A DNA stretch of 32,000 bases from Akkermansia muciniphila ATCC BAA-835 (GCF_000020225.1 NC_010655.1:840001-872000); one strand, 5' to 3'. Positions 10,692 to 20,699 are shown, numbered from the stretch's first letter. The notes: generated by a model from the letters alone, not told the origin. Numbers and translations are program-made.

Positions 10692-11723
10692 ATGCCAATA
10701 GCCACACCAGAACAATACATTACCATGCTTGAAACGGCCAAAAAGGAAGGCTACGCCTATCCGGCCGTTAACGTGACCACGATCGAAGTCATCAACGGCG
10801 CTCTCCGCGCTTTTTCCGAAGCCAAAAGCGACGGTATCATTCAGGTTTCCATCGGTGGCGGCAAATTCGCCTCCGGCAGCTCCGTAGGCAATTCCGCCCT
10901 TGGCGCCATTGTTCTGGCGGAAGCAACGCGTCGTCTGGCTGAAAAGCACAACGTTCTCGTAGCCCTTCACACGGACCACTGCCAGCCCGAACACGTGGAT
11001 ACTTTCCTGCGTCCTCTGATTGCCGAATCCCGCCGCCGCGTGGAACGCGGTGAAGCCCCCCTCTTCAATTCCCACATGCTGGATGCCTCCACGCTTCCCA
11101 TGGCGGAAAACCTCAAGCTTTCCCGGGAACTGCTGAAGGAATGCGCCGAACTGGGCATCGTTCTTGAAATCGAAATCGGCGTTGTGGGCGGAGAAGAAGA
11201 CGGAGTGGACAACTCCGGCCATCCCGCCGACAAGCTTTACACTTCTCCGGAAGATATGCTGATGACGTATGAAGCCCTCGCGCCCCTCGGCAAATTCATG
11301 CTGGCCGCCACTTTCGGCAACGTGCACGGCGTGTACAAGCCCGGCCACGTCAAACTGAAACCCAGCATCCTGCGGGACGGTCAGGAAGCCGTGGTAGCCA
11401 AACACGGAGAAGCGGCTCGCATGCCCCTCGTCTTCCATGGCGGTTCCGGTTCCGAACTTTCCGATATCCGCGAAGCCGTTTCCTACGGCGTCGTCAAGAT
11501 GAACATCGACACCGACACGCAATACGCCTTCACCCGCCCGATCGTCTCCCACATGTGCGAACACATCAACGGAGTGCTCAAGATTGATGGCGAAGTGGGC
11601 AACAAGAAGGATTACGATCCCCGTTCCTATCTTGCCAAGGGTGAAAAGGGAGTCGCCGCCCGCCTTCAGGAAGCCGCCGACAACCTTATGTCCGCCGGCA
11701 AGACCCTCTTTGGCAAAATCTAA
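10692..11723 (+). CDS. fbaA: Class II fructose-1,6-bisphosphate aldolase
   Basis: 343 aa. MPIATPEQYITMLETAKKEGYAYPAVNVTT...IIQVSIGG...LHTDHC...FHGGSGS. It closely resembles the actinobacterial-type class IIa FBA sequence as I remember it. Confidence 0.92.
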   Translation: MPIATPEQYITMLETAKKEGYAYPAVNVTTIEVINGALRAFSEAKSDGIIQVSIGGGKFASGSSVGNSALGAIVLAEATRRLAEKHNVLVALHTDHCQPEHVDTFLRPLIAESRRRVERGEAPLFNSHMLDASTLPMAENLKLSRELLKECAELGIVLEIEIGVVGGEEDGVDNSGHPADKLYTSPEDMLMTYEALAPLGKFMLAATFGNVHGVYKPGHVKLKPSILRDGQEAVVAKHGEAARMPLVFHGGSGSELSDIREAVSYGVVKMNIDTDTQYAFTRPIVSHMCEHINGVLKIDGEVGNKKDYDPRSYLAKGEKGVAARLQEAADNLMSAGKTLFGKI

Positions 11724-11751
11724 AAAGAGTTCCCTCAACGAGTTTAATGCC

Positions 11752-11786
11752 ATGCCCGGTTTCTTAAAAGAAACCGGGCATTTTTT
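11752..11786 (+). terminator. Rho-independent terminator downstream of fbaA
   Basis: Perfect 12-bp stem atgcccggtttc / gaaaccgggcat with a 6-nt loop ttaaaa, followed immediately by a run of 6 T. Confidence 0.8.
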
Positions 11787-12108
11787 CTGGAAAAACCCGC
11801 CAACAGGGTAAGGCGGGAAACGCTTTCACCGAGTATTTATCCCTCTGAGACGACGGGAAAACGAACCGTTCCCCGTCTTCTTCTTTTCTGTCCCCTGGGC
11901 TTCTCCGATTACGGGACCATTAACCCGCATTCTTCCGCAAGGAAACCGCTGCGGACAAATAAAACGATAGCCGCACAGGAAAAACCGGAATTATTCATAA
12001 CAGAACAAGGCCATTCCTCCGCTCAGCGGACCGCAGGGAACCCGGCAGCGCGGCCCTACCCCGGCGCCGCTTTGAACACAGAAGCCTTTCCCCAGCGCTC
12101 CAGGAACC

Positions 12109-13944
12109 TTAATTTCCTGCTTTGCGGGATTCCCTTACGCGGTCATTGGCGTTCAGGATGCGCTTGCGCAGACGGATAAAATGAGGCGTAGCCTCCACCA
12201 GTTCATCAGGTTCAATGTACTCAATGGCACGTTCCAGAGAAAAAATGACGGGAGGGGAAAGCTGGATGCCGTCTCCCTTCGTGGCTGAGCGGATATTGTT
12301 CAAATGCTTTTCCTTGCACGGGTTGACCGGCATATCCATCTGCCGCGGGTTTTCGCCTACAATCTGGCCTTCGTAAATATCTTCCTGCGGCCCCACAAAC
12401 AGACGCCCGCGTTCTTCCAGCGCTACCAGCGCGAACGGAGTGGAAACGCCCGTCTCCATGGAAACCAGGGTGCCGGTGGTACGCGTGGTGATGTCCCCGG
12501 CATAAGGCCCGTAATCCCGGAACAGGTGGGAGAAAATACCGTGGCCGGACGTCAGATTGACCAGCTCAAATTCAAAACCGATAATACCGCGGGTGGGAAT
12601 ATAAGCCTGAATAAAAGTATGGCCCGTGCCTTCCCTGCATACCATGTCTTCCATCTGTCCCTTGCGGGCGTGAAGAAGCTTCATGACGCCGTTGGCATGT
12701 TCGTCCGGAACTTCTACGTACATCGTTTCATACGGTTCCGTAAGGCGGTCGTTTTCATCCCTCTTCATGATCACGGTGGGACGGGAAACGCACAGTTCAT
12801 AATTTTCACGGCGCATAGTCTCCACCAGCACGGCGATCTGCATGGCGCCGCGGGCGGAAACGGAGAAAACGCCGGCCTTGTCCGTATCCTCCACCTGGAT
12901 GGAAATATTCGTCCGCATTTCCCTCATCAGGCGGTCGCGTATCACGCGGGAAGTCACATTCTTGCCGTCGCGCCCTCCGAAAGGCCCGTTGTTGATGGAA
13001 AATTCCATGGAAATGGTAGGAGGATCAATCGCCACGAATGGAAGGGGCTCCGTATCCGCGGAACCGCCCAAGGTTTCCCCGATATTGACGTTTTCAAACC
13101 CCGCCACCCCTACGATGTTGCCTGCCACGCCGATGGCCGAATCCGTAGTGCTCAGGCCGGAATATTCAAACATGCGGGTCACTTTTCCGGAAATGCAGGA
13201 GCCGTCGCTCTGATGGAGCCACACGGTGTCCCCTTTCTTCACAGTGCCGGAGGTAATGCGGCCGATAGCCACACGGCCCACATAATCGTCCCAGTCAATA
13301 TTGGAAACGAGCATCTTGAATTCACCCTCCGGATCGGCATCCTTCGGAGCGGGGATATGTTCCACAATCTTGAATAAAAGAGGAGTGCAGTCCACAGGAG
13401 GTTCCCCCTCCATGGAATTCATGAAGTAACCGTCGCGGGCGGAACCGTACACGAAAGGGGCTTCAAATTGTTCATCCGTGGCGCCCAGCTCCAGAAAAAG
13501 CTCCAGCACCTGGTCATGCACGGCGGCGGGATCGGCATGCGGACGGTCGATCTTGTTAATGACGACAATGGGCATCAGCCCTTCCTGAAGGGCCTTGCGG
13601 AGCACAAAACGCGTCTGGGCCTGCGGCCCTTCAAAAGCGTCCACCACCAGAAGCACGCCATCCACCATTTTCATCACGCGCTCCACTTCCCCGCCGAAAT
13701 CCGCGTGTCCGGGAGTATCCACAATGTTGATCGTGTATCCATTCCAGAGGATGGATGTATTCTTGGCCTTGATCGTGATGCCTTTTTCACGTTCCAGATC
13801 CATGGAATCCATGGCGCGTTCCTGCACGGCCTGGTTGGCCCGGTAGGCGCCTCCCGCCTGCAAAAGTTGGTCAACCAGGGTCGTCTTCCCATGGTCAACG
13901 TGAGCGATGATGGCGAGATTGCGGAACTTGGAAGGATCTGACAT
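12109..13944 (-). CDS. typA: Translational GTPase TypA/BipA
   Basis: 611 aa. [19 protein letters not shown] (G1), [12 protein letters not shown] (G3) and NKID (G4), with EF-G-like domains and the TypA-specific C-terminal part. Confidence 0.95.
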   Translation of the reverse strand: MSDPSKFRNLAIIAHVDHGKTTLVDQLLQAGGAYRANQAVQERAMDSMDLEREKGITIKAKNTSILWNGYTINIVDTPGHADFGGEVERVMKMVDGVLLVVDAFEGPQAQTRFVLRKALQEGLMPIVVINKIDRPHADPAAVHDQVLELFLELGATDEQFEAPFVYGSARDGYFMNSMEGEPPVDCTPLLFKIVEHIPAPKDADPEGEFKMLVSNIDWDDYVGRVAIGRITSGTVKKGDTVWLHQSDGSCISGKVTRMFEYSGLSTTDSAIGVAGNIVGVAGFENVNIGETLGGSADTEPLPFVAIDPPTISMEFSINNGPFGGRDGKNVTSRVIRDRLMREMRTNISIQVEDTDKAGVFSVSARGAMQIAVLVETMRRENYELCVSRPTVIMKRDENDRLTEPYETMYVEVPDEHANGVMKLLHARKGQMEDMVCREGTGHTFIQAYIPTRGIIGFEFELVNLTSGHGIFSHLFRDYGPYAGDITTRTTGTLVSMETGVSTPFALVALEERGRLFVGPQEDIYEGQIVGENPRQMDMPVNPCKEKHLNNIRSATKGDGIQLSPPVIFSLERAIEYIEPDELVEATPHFIRLRKRILNANDRVRESRKAGN

Positions 13945-14151
13945 TGCGCGCGAGAGCTAAAAACACCGGAAAATAAATGTCAAGTCTGCTCCATGAATAC
14001 CGACTATATTTTCAGCGTTTGCAAGCCTCCCTGCCGCCATCGCCGCAAGCGATGGAACTTTTATTTTCCTCCGGTGAATTTATAGCTTCCCCCCCTCCTC
14101 AAATAGGAGTATTCTGCTCCGGCATAAGTAATTTCTCAATTCTAGATAACA

Positions 14152-15018
14152 ATGAAGATTTGGTTAGATGGAAAGCTGGTGGAACAGGAGGAAGCAAAAA
14201 CCTCGGTTTTCGACCACGGCACACTCTATGGAGACGGCATTTTTGAAGGTATCCGGTTCTATAACAAGCGCGTTTTCCGCCTGGAAGACCACATGGACCG
14301 CCTGTACAACTGCGCCCATTATCTGTTGCTGGATATTCCTTACACTCAGGAAGAACTCTCCAACGCCGTATGCGAAACGGTCGCGGCCTCCGGCCTGAAC
14401 GACGGCTATATCCGTCTGGTGGTTACCCGCGGCGTCGGCAATCTGGGGCTCAACCCATTCAACTGCAAACGGTCCTGCGTCTTCATCATTGCGGATAAAA
14501 TCTCCCTGTACGATCCGGACGTATATGAAAACGGGCTGGCCCTGATTACCAGCTCCGTGCGCCGCAACCGTCCGGACACCGTTTGTCCGCAGGTCAAGTC
14601 GCTCAATTATCTCAACAACATCCTGGCCAAAATGGAAGCTGTGCGCCAGGGTGCGGCGGAAGCCCTGATGCTGAACGACCTGGGTAATGTGGCCGAATGC
14701 ACGGGCGACAACATTTTCATTGTGAAGGACGGTACCGTGTTCACACCGCCAGTTACGGACGGCTGCCTGGACGGCATCACGCGCCGGGTAGTGCTGGAAA
14801 TCTGCCGGGAGCTGCAAATCCCGGCTCAGGAAAAGACCATGAACCGCTTTACCATCACCTGTGCGGACGAATGCTTCCTGACCGGCACTGCCGCAGAATG
14901 CGTTCCCGTGACCAAATTGGACGGCTATCAGCTGGGCTCAGGAAAAATCGGTCCTGTCACAGCTCGAATCCTGGCCCGTTTCCAGGAACTGGCCCAGACC
15001 ACGGGAACATCCTGTTAG
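14152..15018 (+). CDS. ilvE: Branched-chain amino acid aminotransferase (fold type IV PLP enzyme)
   Basis: 288 aa. FDHGTLYGDGIFEGIRFYN, a YIRLVVTRG-type block, VKSLNYLNNILAK and ECTGDNIF. These are IlvE / class IV aminotransferase motifs. A D-amino-acid aminotransferase cannot be fully excluded from sequence inspection alone. Confidence 0.85.
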   Translation: MKIWLDGKLVEQEEAKTSVFDHGTLYGDGIFEGIRFYNKRVFRLEDHMDRLYNCAHYLLLDIPYTQEELSNAVCETVAASGLNDGYIRLVVTRGVGNLGLNPFNCKRSCVFIIADKISLYDPDVYENGLALITSSVRRNRPDTVCPQVKSLNYLNNILAKMEAVRQGAAEALMLNDLGNVAECTGDNIFIVKDGTVFTPPVTDGCLDGITRRVVLEICRELQIPAQEKTMNRFTITCADECFLTGTAAECVPVTKLDGYQLGSGKIGPVTARILARFQELAQTTGTSC

Positions 15019-15046
15019 AACCAGCCAACCCTTTTTTGGACCAACG

Positions 15047-15081
15047 AAAACGGCTCCGCCAGATGACGGAGCCGTTTTTTT
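15047..15081 (+). terminator. Rho-independent terminator downstream of ilvE
   Basis: Stem aaaacggctccg / cggagccgtttt with an 8-nt loop, running into 7 consecutive T. Confidence 0.8.
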
Positions 15082-15307
15082 GTGCTATTCCGTTAAATAT
15101 AAAAAAGAAAACACAGGTAAGCACATTCCCGCGGGGCTATACGGCAGTCTCCTCTGGAAATGAAGGCTTGTGACCTTCACGGCCTCCCGTTCCGAAACGC
15201 TGCAGAAGAATCCAGTATGAAAAGCCGCGTCGCTTGTGAAATGACAAGGCAAGCGACATCTTGCATGTCCGGCCGCCACGCCGGACATGCCTCAACCTGA
15301 AAAAAGG

Positions 15308-16222
15308 CTATTTCTTCTTGGGCAGGCCGGTTTCCGGGTCAAACTGCTTAGCCTGCTGGGCATGTTCTTTCGTCTGATAGAACCGAACGTAATCAATCAG
15401 GAATTTTACAGGATACCCTTGCCCGTCTTTAGGAGCTTTCTCGCACCAGGTGCCGCCCACGGCGGAATTGAGAATGAGATAGAACGGCGTACGGAACGGA
15501 TTCCCCGCCCCATTGGCATAATTAGTGGTATTAAGGTCAATGGACTTCACCAGCTTGTCATCCACCATCAACTTGATGGAATCCTTGTCCCATTCCATGA
15601 CATAGGTATGAAAATCATCGGAAAGATTCTCTATCTTCACAGTCCCTCCGCGGGAAGCGTCCCTTGTGGACACGCCGTCCGGACTCAAGTGGAAAGTGGA
15701 ATAAACCACATCCGGCTGTTGGGAAATATTCTCCAGCATATCAATCTCCCCGTTGACGGGCCAGCCCCATTTATTCTTGCCAAGCAACCAGATGGCAGGC
15801 CAGATGCCCTTGGTTTTGGGAACCTTGGCACGCACTTCCAGTCTGCCGAACATGAAATTTTTTGTTTTGATCGTCGTAACGGAACCGGAGGTATAGGGCA
15901 TGAACTTGGTATTCTTGATCCAATCCGCGGAACTTTTCTTATAATTGACATTGGCGAACTTTTCAAAATGGGTTTCCAAAACCAGGCAGCCATCCTCCAA
16001 TCTCATATTCTTGGGTCGGCCTGTATAAGTCTGCTGGGAGCCCTGGTTACGGATTACTCCCAACTCCGGTTTCCACTTTTTGGCGTCTATCCTGGAACCG
16101 TTGAACTCGTCACCCCAGACATAAACCCACCCGCCGGGGAGGGTCCTCGGAGGTTTGGAATCTTCTCCCTTTACAGACATGCAAAGGCATGCAGTCAACA
16201 ACACGGCAAATAGGCTCTTCAT
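15308..16222 (-). CDS. Glycoside hydrolase family 16, secreted and possibly a lipoprotein
   Basis: The ATG at 16222 gives MKSLFAVLLTACLCMSV..., a signal peptide with a possible LTAC lipobox. The GH16 catalytic motif ExDxxE is present as EIDMLE, preceded by WPAIWLLG and followed by a beta-jelly-roll-type sequence. The 308-aa + strand ORF 15287..16213 is antisense noise. Confidence 0.88.
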   Translation of the reverse strand: MKSLFAVLLTACLCMSVKGEDSKPPRTLPGGWVYVWGDEFNGSRIDAKKWKPELGVIRNQGSQQTYTGRPKNMRLEDGCLVLETHFEKFANVNYKKSSADWIKNTKFMPYTSGSVTTIKTKNFMFGRLEVRAKVPKTKGIWPAIWLLGKNKWGWPVNGEIDMLENISQQPDVVYSTFHLSPDGVSTRDASRGGTVKIENLSDDFHTYVMEWDKDSIKLMVDDKLVKSIDLNTTNYANGAGNPFRTPFYLILNSAVGGTWCEKAPKDGQGYPVKFLIDYVRFYQTKEHAQQAKQFDPETGLPKKK

Positions 16223-16365
16223 ACGGAGCAATACTGCACCTAGTTCCGCAGCCTTTCAAACAAAATACATCATTCGGGACCACATACCTCCTTTCCCCTG
16301 TCAAATGGCGAAATATCCTGCAAAATGAATAGAACCCTTAACCCGGCGCATGCTATGGTCATGAT

Positions 16366-16914
16366 ATGAAAACCACTTTCCCTCCCCATGGCCGGGCGCT
16401 CCTCCACCAGATGCCTGCAGGTGCTGTCGTGATTGTGGAAAACGGCACAGCCGTCACCCATCTTTTCTTCAGCCGCATGGCACAGCCGGAGCATTTGGAA
16501 TGGGAGGAAACACCTCTGCTGCGTCAAACGGCTGACCAGCTGGATGAATATTTTCAAGGTTCCCGCCGCGTATTTGACGTGCCGCTTTCTCCCCAAGGAA
16601 CCGAATTTGAACGAACGGTCTGGAAAGCCCTTCAAGCCATCCCCTATGGAGAAACCAGAAGTTACGGAGACATTGCCCGGCGAATAGGACGCCCATCAGC
16701 ATGCCGGGCAGTAGGACAAGCCAACAACCGGAACCCTGTCGGCATCATCATCCCCTGCCACCGAGTCATCGGAGCCGACGGCAAACTGACCGGCTATGCA
16801 AGCGGCCTGACCATTAAACAATACCTGTTGGAATTGGAACAGGGCTCCGCCACTCCTTTCACATTATTCACGGATGTGGAACGCATGCCCGGAAATACTC
16901 CGGCCAGTCCATAA
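16366..16914 (+). CDS. ogt: Methylated-DNA--protein-cysteine methyltransferase
   Basis: 182 aa. TEFERTVWKALQAIPYGETRSYGDIA, NRNPVGIIIPCHRVIG (PCHR active-site cysteine) and GLTIKQYLLELE. Confidence 0.92.
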   Translation: MKTTFPPHGRALLHQMPAGAVVIVENGTAVTHLFFSRMAQPEHLEWEETPLLRQTADQLDEYFQGSRRVFDVPLSPQGTEFERTVWKALQAIPYGETRSYGDIARRIGRPSACRAVGQANNRNPVGIIIPCHRVIGADGKLTGYASGLTIKQYLLELEQGSATPFTLFTDVERMPGNTPASP

Positions 16915-16938
16915 AACGGCAGGACTGGAAAATTCCGG

Positions 16939-17535
16939 TCAGAGCTGCATACCGTTTTCCGTCTGAGGAAGAGGCATGGATTTCAAGGCGGCCTTGGGGG
17001 ATTCAATACCCAGCCATTGAAGAGGCAGCAATTCACCCGTTACCCTGTAATGTTTGTAGGTTAATCCGGCAAACACAGCCAGAAAAAATATCAGGACGGC
17101 ATAAAGGGCCATCCATAAATAATGATTCCGGGTCGTGCGGGCGGCTTCATCCGCCAACTGCTGTAAGTTCCGCATAGCGATCGAAGGAGCGGCCTCTTCT
17201 TCTCTCCCGGATAATTCGGCAGAAAATCCCGGAGATGGCTCTTCCGCAAACCGGAGCCTGGCATCCCCCAAAGCGATTTCATCGCCATCGTAAAGGGTTG
17301 CGGCGCCCATCGGCGTCAGGCCGTTGATTTTAGTTCCATTAGTAGAACCAAGGTCCTCCAGGACATATCCCCCTTCCTTAAACTGAAGCAAGGCATGCTC
17401 TCCGGAAACCGACTGAAAGGGAAGCACAATCTCGCAATGCTCGTCACGTCCGATGCGTGCGAAATATTCACCGTTCTTCGGAAGAACTATGGTTTTTTCA
17501 GAACCGTCGGGAAGGTGGATGGAAAGGCGTGGCAT
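16939..17535 (-). CDS. FHA-domain protein with a C-terminal transmembrane anchor
   Basis: 198 aa. It has the FHA signature ARIGRDEHCEIVLPFQSVSGEHALLQFKEGGYVLEDLGSTNGTKING, then a linker and one TM helix (YLWMALYAVLIFFLAVFAGL). Confidence 0.85.
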   Translation of the reverse strand: MPRLSIHLPDGSEKTIVLPKNGEYFARIGRDEHCEIVLPFQSVSGEHALLQFKEGGYVLEDLGSTNGTKINGLTPMGAATLYDGDEIALGDARLRFAEEPSPGFSAELSGREEEAAPSIAMRNLQQLADEAARTTRNHYLWMALYAVLIFFLAVFAGLTYKHYRVTGELLPLQWLGIESPKAALKSMPLPQTENGMQL

Positions 17536-17559
17536 GATTCCTGGAAATCATGCCACGCC
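17526..17559. promoter_or_regulatory. Perfect 14-bp inverted repeat spanning the FHA-gene start codon
   Basis: ggcgtggcatgatt (17526-17539), spacer cctgga, aatcatgccacgcc (17546-17559). The FHA ATG (complement of 17533-17535) lies inside one arm. Confidence 0.4.
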
Positions 17560-18420
17560 CATATTCATTTTCAATCCAAAAGACCGTTTGCCCATCACGT
17601 ATAAGAAAAATGGCGATATCCGCCTTTCCCCAGAAAGACAGAATTCCATGCAGATTCATGATATGGGTTCATCCTCCTCAATTTTTATTTTTCCCGCATA
17701 CTTTCAAAAAATATTTTAAGCAATTATAGTGGCCTCCGGGGAAGTTTTCCATAAGTAATCCACTCATTTTAAAACATTACATGAAATACTGAATCAATTT
17801 TTTTCCTGATTGGAAACAGACCTTCCGAAACTGCGACGGATCATGCCGGACACGAACACTGCGCAAACGACAATCTTCAAGGGGGACAACTTGTTGGGAA
17901 TCGCTAAACAGGCCATTTTCAAACATACCGTTTTCCGGGAGGGCCGCCCTCCCGGAACATAGGGATTGGATATACGCGCAAACTGCCGTCCTGCCTTTGG
18001 ACATGTCCTTCACTATCTCGATAATTTTTTTATTTGCCTGGAGCGGCTTAAATCAAAAGAACTCAACTGAAATTTTTTCTGCTGTCTGGCATCTGCCGCT
18101 CCTCTTCTGGCATGGAGTTTATTCACCCTGGGTTCCCTTCCCCGTCCGTTACATGCAGACGTCTGCATGACACCAATAAAAGCGGCATGTCGCTGCCGCT
18201 GTCCCTGATTATTTTAATAAGAGGAATTTTTCTCTTCATTTATTACTGTGAAGACAGCCAGCATGGCACAAATCAATCCGGGGCATCGTAAAAACATCCG
18301 GAGTTCCCGTAATGATTCGAAATCCTCTTTCACGGGAAAGTCAGCGGCCTACACCGTGGAAAAACCGTGCAGCCCTGCACATGTCTTGCGTTTTGAAGGA
18401 AAATGTTTCATATTCAGACC

Positions 18421-19473
18421 ATGTTTGTTGACAACATCCGCATATTCGCCAGGGCAGGAAAGGGAGGAAACGGGCTGGTCAGCTTCCGAAGGGCCAAATT
18501 CGTGCCCAAGGGAGGCCCGGACGGCGGTGATGGAGGCGATGGCGGAAGCGTCATTCTGGAAGTGGATCCGCACACGAATGACCTGCGTTCTTTTTTTTAT
18601 GATCCAAAATTAATCGCCACGGACGGGGTAGGCGGACAAAGCGCCAAGAAACATGGCAAGAACGGCAAATCCGTCATCGGGAAAGTGCCCCCCGGTACCA
18701 TTATCTACCGCAGCAATGCATCCTCCATGGCGGAGGCGACCTGGCTGGAACGGGAAGGCGAAGGCATTGAACTGGAAAAAATAGCGGATCTGACGGAAAT
18801 CGGCACCCGGTTCACGTTGTGCCAGGGCGGCCTCGGCGGCAAGGGAAACTGGCATTTCCGTTCCGCGACCAACCAGGCGCCTACGGAAGCCGAGATGGGA
18901 ACGGAAGGGGAGGAAGGCGTCTTCTTTATGGAATTGCGCCGCATTGCGGACGCCGGGCTGGTAGGCTACCCCAACGCGGGGAAAAGCACATTGCTGGGAG
19001 ACATTTCGGAAGCCAAGCCCAAAGTAGCCAGCTATCCTTTTACCACGCTTCAGCCTATCATCGGAGTGGTGGAATTCGACAGCTTTCGCCGCTGCGTTGT
19101 GGCGGACATTCCCGGCATCATTGAAGGCGCACACAACAACCGGGGCCTGGGACATGAATTCCTGCGCCACATCACGCGCTGCAAGGTGCTCGTCTTCGTT
19201 CTGGACATGGCTGGCAGCGAAGGCCGCGACCCCATTGAAGACCTTCAAAATCTCCGCACGGAAATTAAACTGTACAGCGAAGACCTGGCCAAACAGCCCT
19301 GGTTTGTCGTCGCCAACAAAATGGACCTGGAAGGAGCGGAAGAAAATCTGGCTAACTTCCGCATGCGTTTCCCGAAAGTGGACATCATCCCCATTTCCGC
19401 GCTCAATGGAGACGGTATTTCCCGGCTCAGGAACAGGCTTGATGAGCTTGTAGGTTATAAATTCATCCGTTAA
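18421..19473 (+). CDS. obg: GTPase Obg/CgtA
   Basis: The ORF opens at 18403. The canonical Obg N-terminus MFVDNIRIFARAGKGGNG starts at the ATG at 18421. It has the glycine-rich Obg fold (GGPDGGDGGDGGSV), G1 GYPNAGKST, DIPG and NKMD. Confidence 0.93.
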   Translation: MFVDNIRIFARAGKGGNGLVSFRRAKFVPKGGPDGGDGGDGGSVILEVDPHTNDLRSFFYDPKLIATDGVGGQSAKKHGKNGKSVIGKVPPGTIIYRSNASSMAEATWLEREGEGIELEKIADLTEIGTRFTLCQGGLGGKGNWHFRSATNQAPTEAEMGTEGEEGVFFMELRRIADAGLVGYPNAGKSTLLGDISEAKPKVASYPFTTLQPIIGVVEFDSFRRCVVADIPGIIEGAHNNRGLGHEFLRHITRCKVLVFVLDMAGSEGRDPIEDLQNLRTEIKLYSEDLAKQPWFVVANKMDLEGAEENLANFRMRFPKVDIIPISALNGDGISRLRNRLDELVGYKFIR

Positions 19474-19505
19474 CTTATTCATTCAACTTTCTTTCAACCT
19501 TTGAC

Positions 19506-20663
19506 ATGACAGCCCCTCTCTCCGTAACGACAGCTTCCGACCAGCTTCTGTGCCGTATCGCCGGAATTGGAGACCTCTTCGCCATTGAAGGGGAATTCGT
19601 CACCGGGAAGGAAATACCCAGCGGACACATCAACACCACTTACAAGGCTACCTACCGTAAAAGCGACGGGACGGAAGATTCCTATATCCTCCAGCGCATT
19701 AACGATTACGTCTTCAAAGACCCCAAAGCCGTCATGCGCAACGTGGAAAAAGTCACGCGCCACATCAACTGGAAAGTCCTGCGCCGCCTGAAGGATTCCG
19801 CCGGCCAAACCCTCAACCTCTACCCGGCCCGGGGAGGACGCAACTACATTGACATCCCCGGTGACGGCATCTGGCGCTGTTACAACTACCTGGCCGGCAC
19901 GCACACCTACGACGTGGTGGAAAACACCCGCCAGGCCTACCAGGCAGGATTTGCCTTTGGGTCCTTCCAGGATTTGATTAGTGACATGAATCCGGACGAC
20001 ATCGTGGAAACCATACCTGGCTTCCATCATACCCGGAACCGCTTCAACCGCCTGATGGAAGTGGCGGAGCTGGATCCGCAGGGGCGTCTCTCCACCTGTC
20101 TGCCTGAATTGGAATTCATTAAAGCCCGAGAGCAGGATGTGGATCGGTTGCTGAATCTTCAGGAAAGAGGTGTTCTTCCCACCCGCATCACTCATAACGA
20201 CACCAAAATCAACAATGTCATGCTGGATGAGGACACCGACCACGCCGTCTGCGTCATTGACCTGGATACGGTCATGCCCGGCCTTGTACTGTACGACTTC
20301 GGAGATATGGTGCGCACCGTCACTCCGCCTACGGAAGAAGATGAAGAAGACCTGGACAAGGTGCGCATGCGCATGCCCATGTTCCAATCTATCGTAGAAG
20401 GGTATCTGACCGCTGCCCACGGCTTCCTGACCCAGGCGGAAATAGACCAGCTTGCCTTTTCAGGAAAACTCATCACGCTGGAAATCGGCATCCGTTTCCT
20501 GACGGACTATCTGGAAGGCGACCCATACTTCAAGGTCTCACGGCCGAACCACAATCTCATCCGCTGCCGTACGCAGCTAAAACTGGTGGAATGCATTGAA
20601 CAGGAACTTCCTGCCATGGAACAATACGTCAAGCGCGTCGCCAGGGGGATGTCCAGAAAATAG
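19506..20663 (+). CDS. nahK: N-acetylhexosamine 1-kinase homologue (APH-fold sugar kinase)
   Basis: 385 aa. GHINTTY, ILQRIN, FHHTRNRF, THNDTKINNVMLD, IDLDTVMPG, YDFGD, RFLTDYLEGDPYF and NHNLIRCRTQLKLV. This is block-by-block similar to the bifidobacterial NahK sequence as I recall it. Confidence 0.8.
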   Translation: MTAPLSVTTASDQLLCRIAGIGDLFAIEGEFVTGKEIPSGHINTTYKATYRKSDGTEDSYILQRINDYVFKDPKAVMRNVEKVTRHINWKVLRRLKDSAGQTLNLYPARGGRNYIDIPGDGIWRCYNYLAGTHTYDVVENTRQAYQAGFAFGSFQDLISDMNPDDIVETIPGFHHTRNRFNRLMEVAELDPQGRLSTCLPELEFIKAREQDVDRLLNLQERGVLPTRITHNDTKINNVMLDEDTDHAVCVIDLDTVMPGLVLYDFGDMVRTVTPPTEEDEEDLDKVRMRMPMFQSIVEGYLTAAHGFLTQAEIDQLAFSGKLITLEIGIRFLTDYLEGDPYFKVSRPNHNLIRCRTQLKLVECIEQELPAMEQYVKRVARGMSRK

Positions 20664-20699
20664 GGAAAAGCTTTTCCTTCTTCCATTCCACTACCTCCG

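Noticed and set aside
11848-11890. Second terminator-like hairpin about 90 nt after the fbaA terminator
   Set aside because: The stem is imperfect (bulged), and the strong terminator at 11752-11786 already accounts for transcription termination. It could be tested with RNA-seq.
17777-18013. 78-aa minus-strand ORF in the long spacer upstream of obg
   Set aside because: It has no recognisable motif and an odd composition. It is spanned by a strong GC-rich hairpin and lacks an obvious ribosome-binding site. It is kept only as part of the spacer finding.
18080-18115. Sigma-54-like promoter (two TGGCAT elements)
   Set aside because: The downstream -12 element (TTGC) is absent at the required spacing after either TGGCAT.
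18330-18360. GGGAAAGTC string resembling the RNase P RNA conserved GGAAAGUCC motif
   Set aside because: The other universally conserved RNase P helices and motifs are absent from the surrounding sequence, and the region overlaps the obg 5' leader.
61-20420. Long antisense or overlapping ORFs across the housekeeping genes (for example 61..705 +, 3149..4153 -, 4866..6020 -, 8442..9113 -, 10497..11753 -, 12304..13377 +, 14164..14817 -, 15287..16213 +, 18610..19482 -, 19494..20420 -)
   Set aside because: In each case the opposite strand encodes a protein with clear family motifs (antiporter, FloA, ThiG, AI-2E, FBA, TypA, IlvE, GH16, Obg, NahK). The antisense products are compositionally biased and motif-free.
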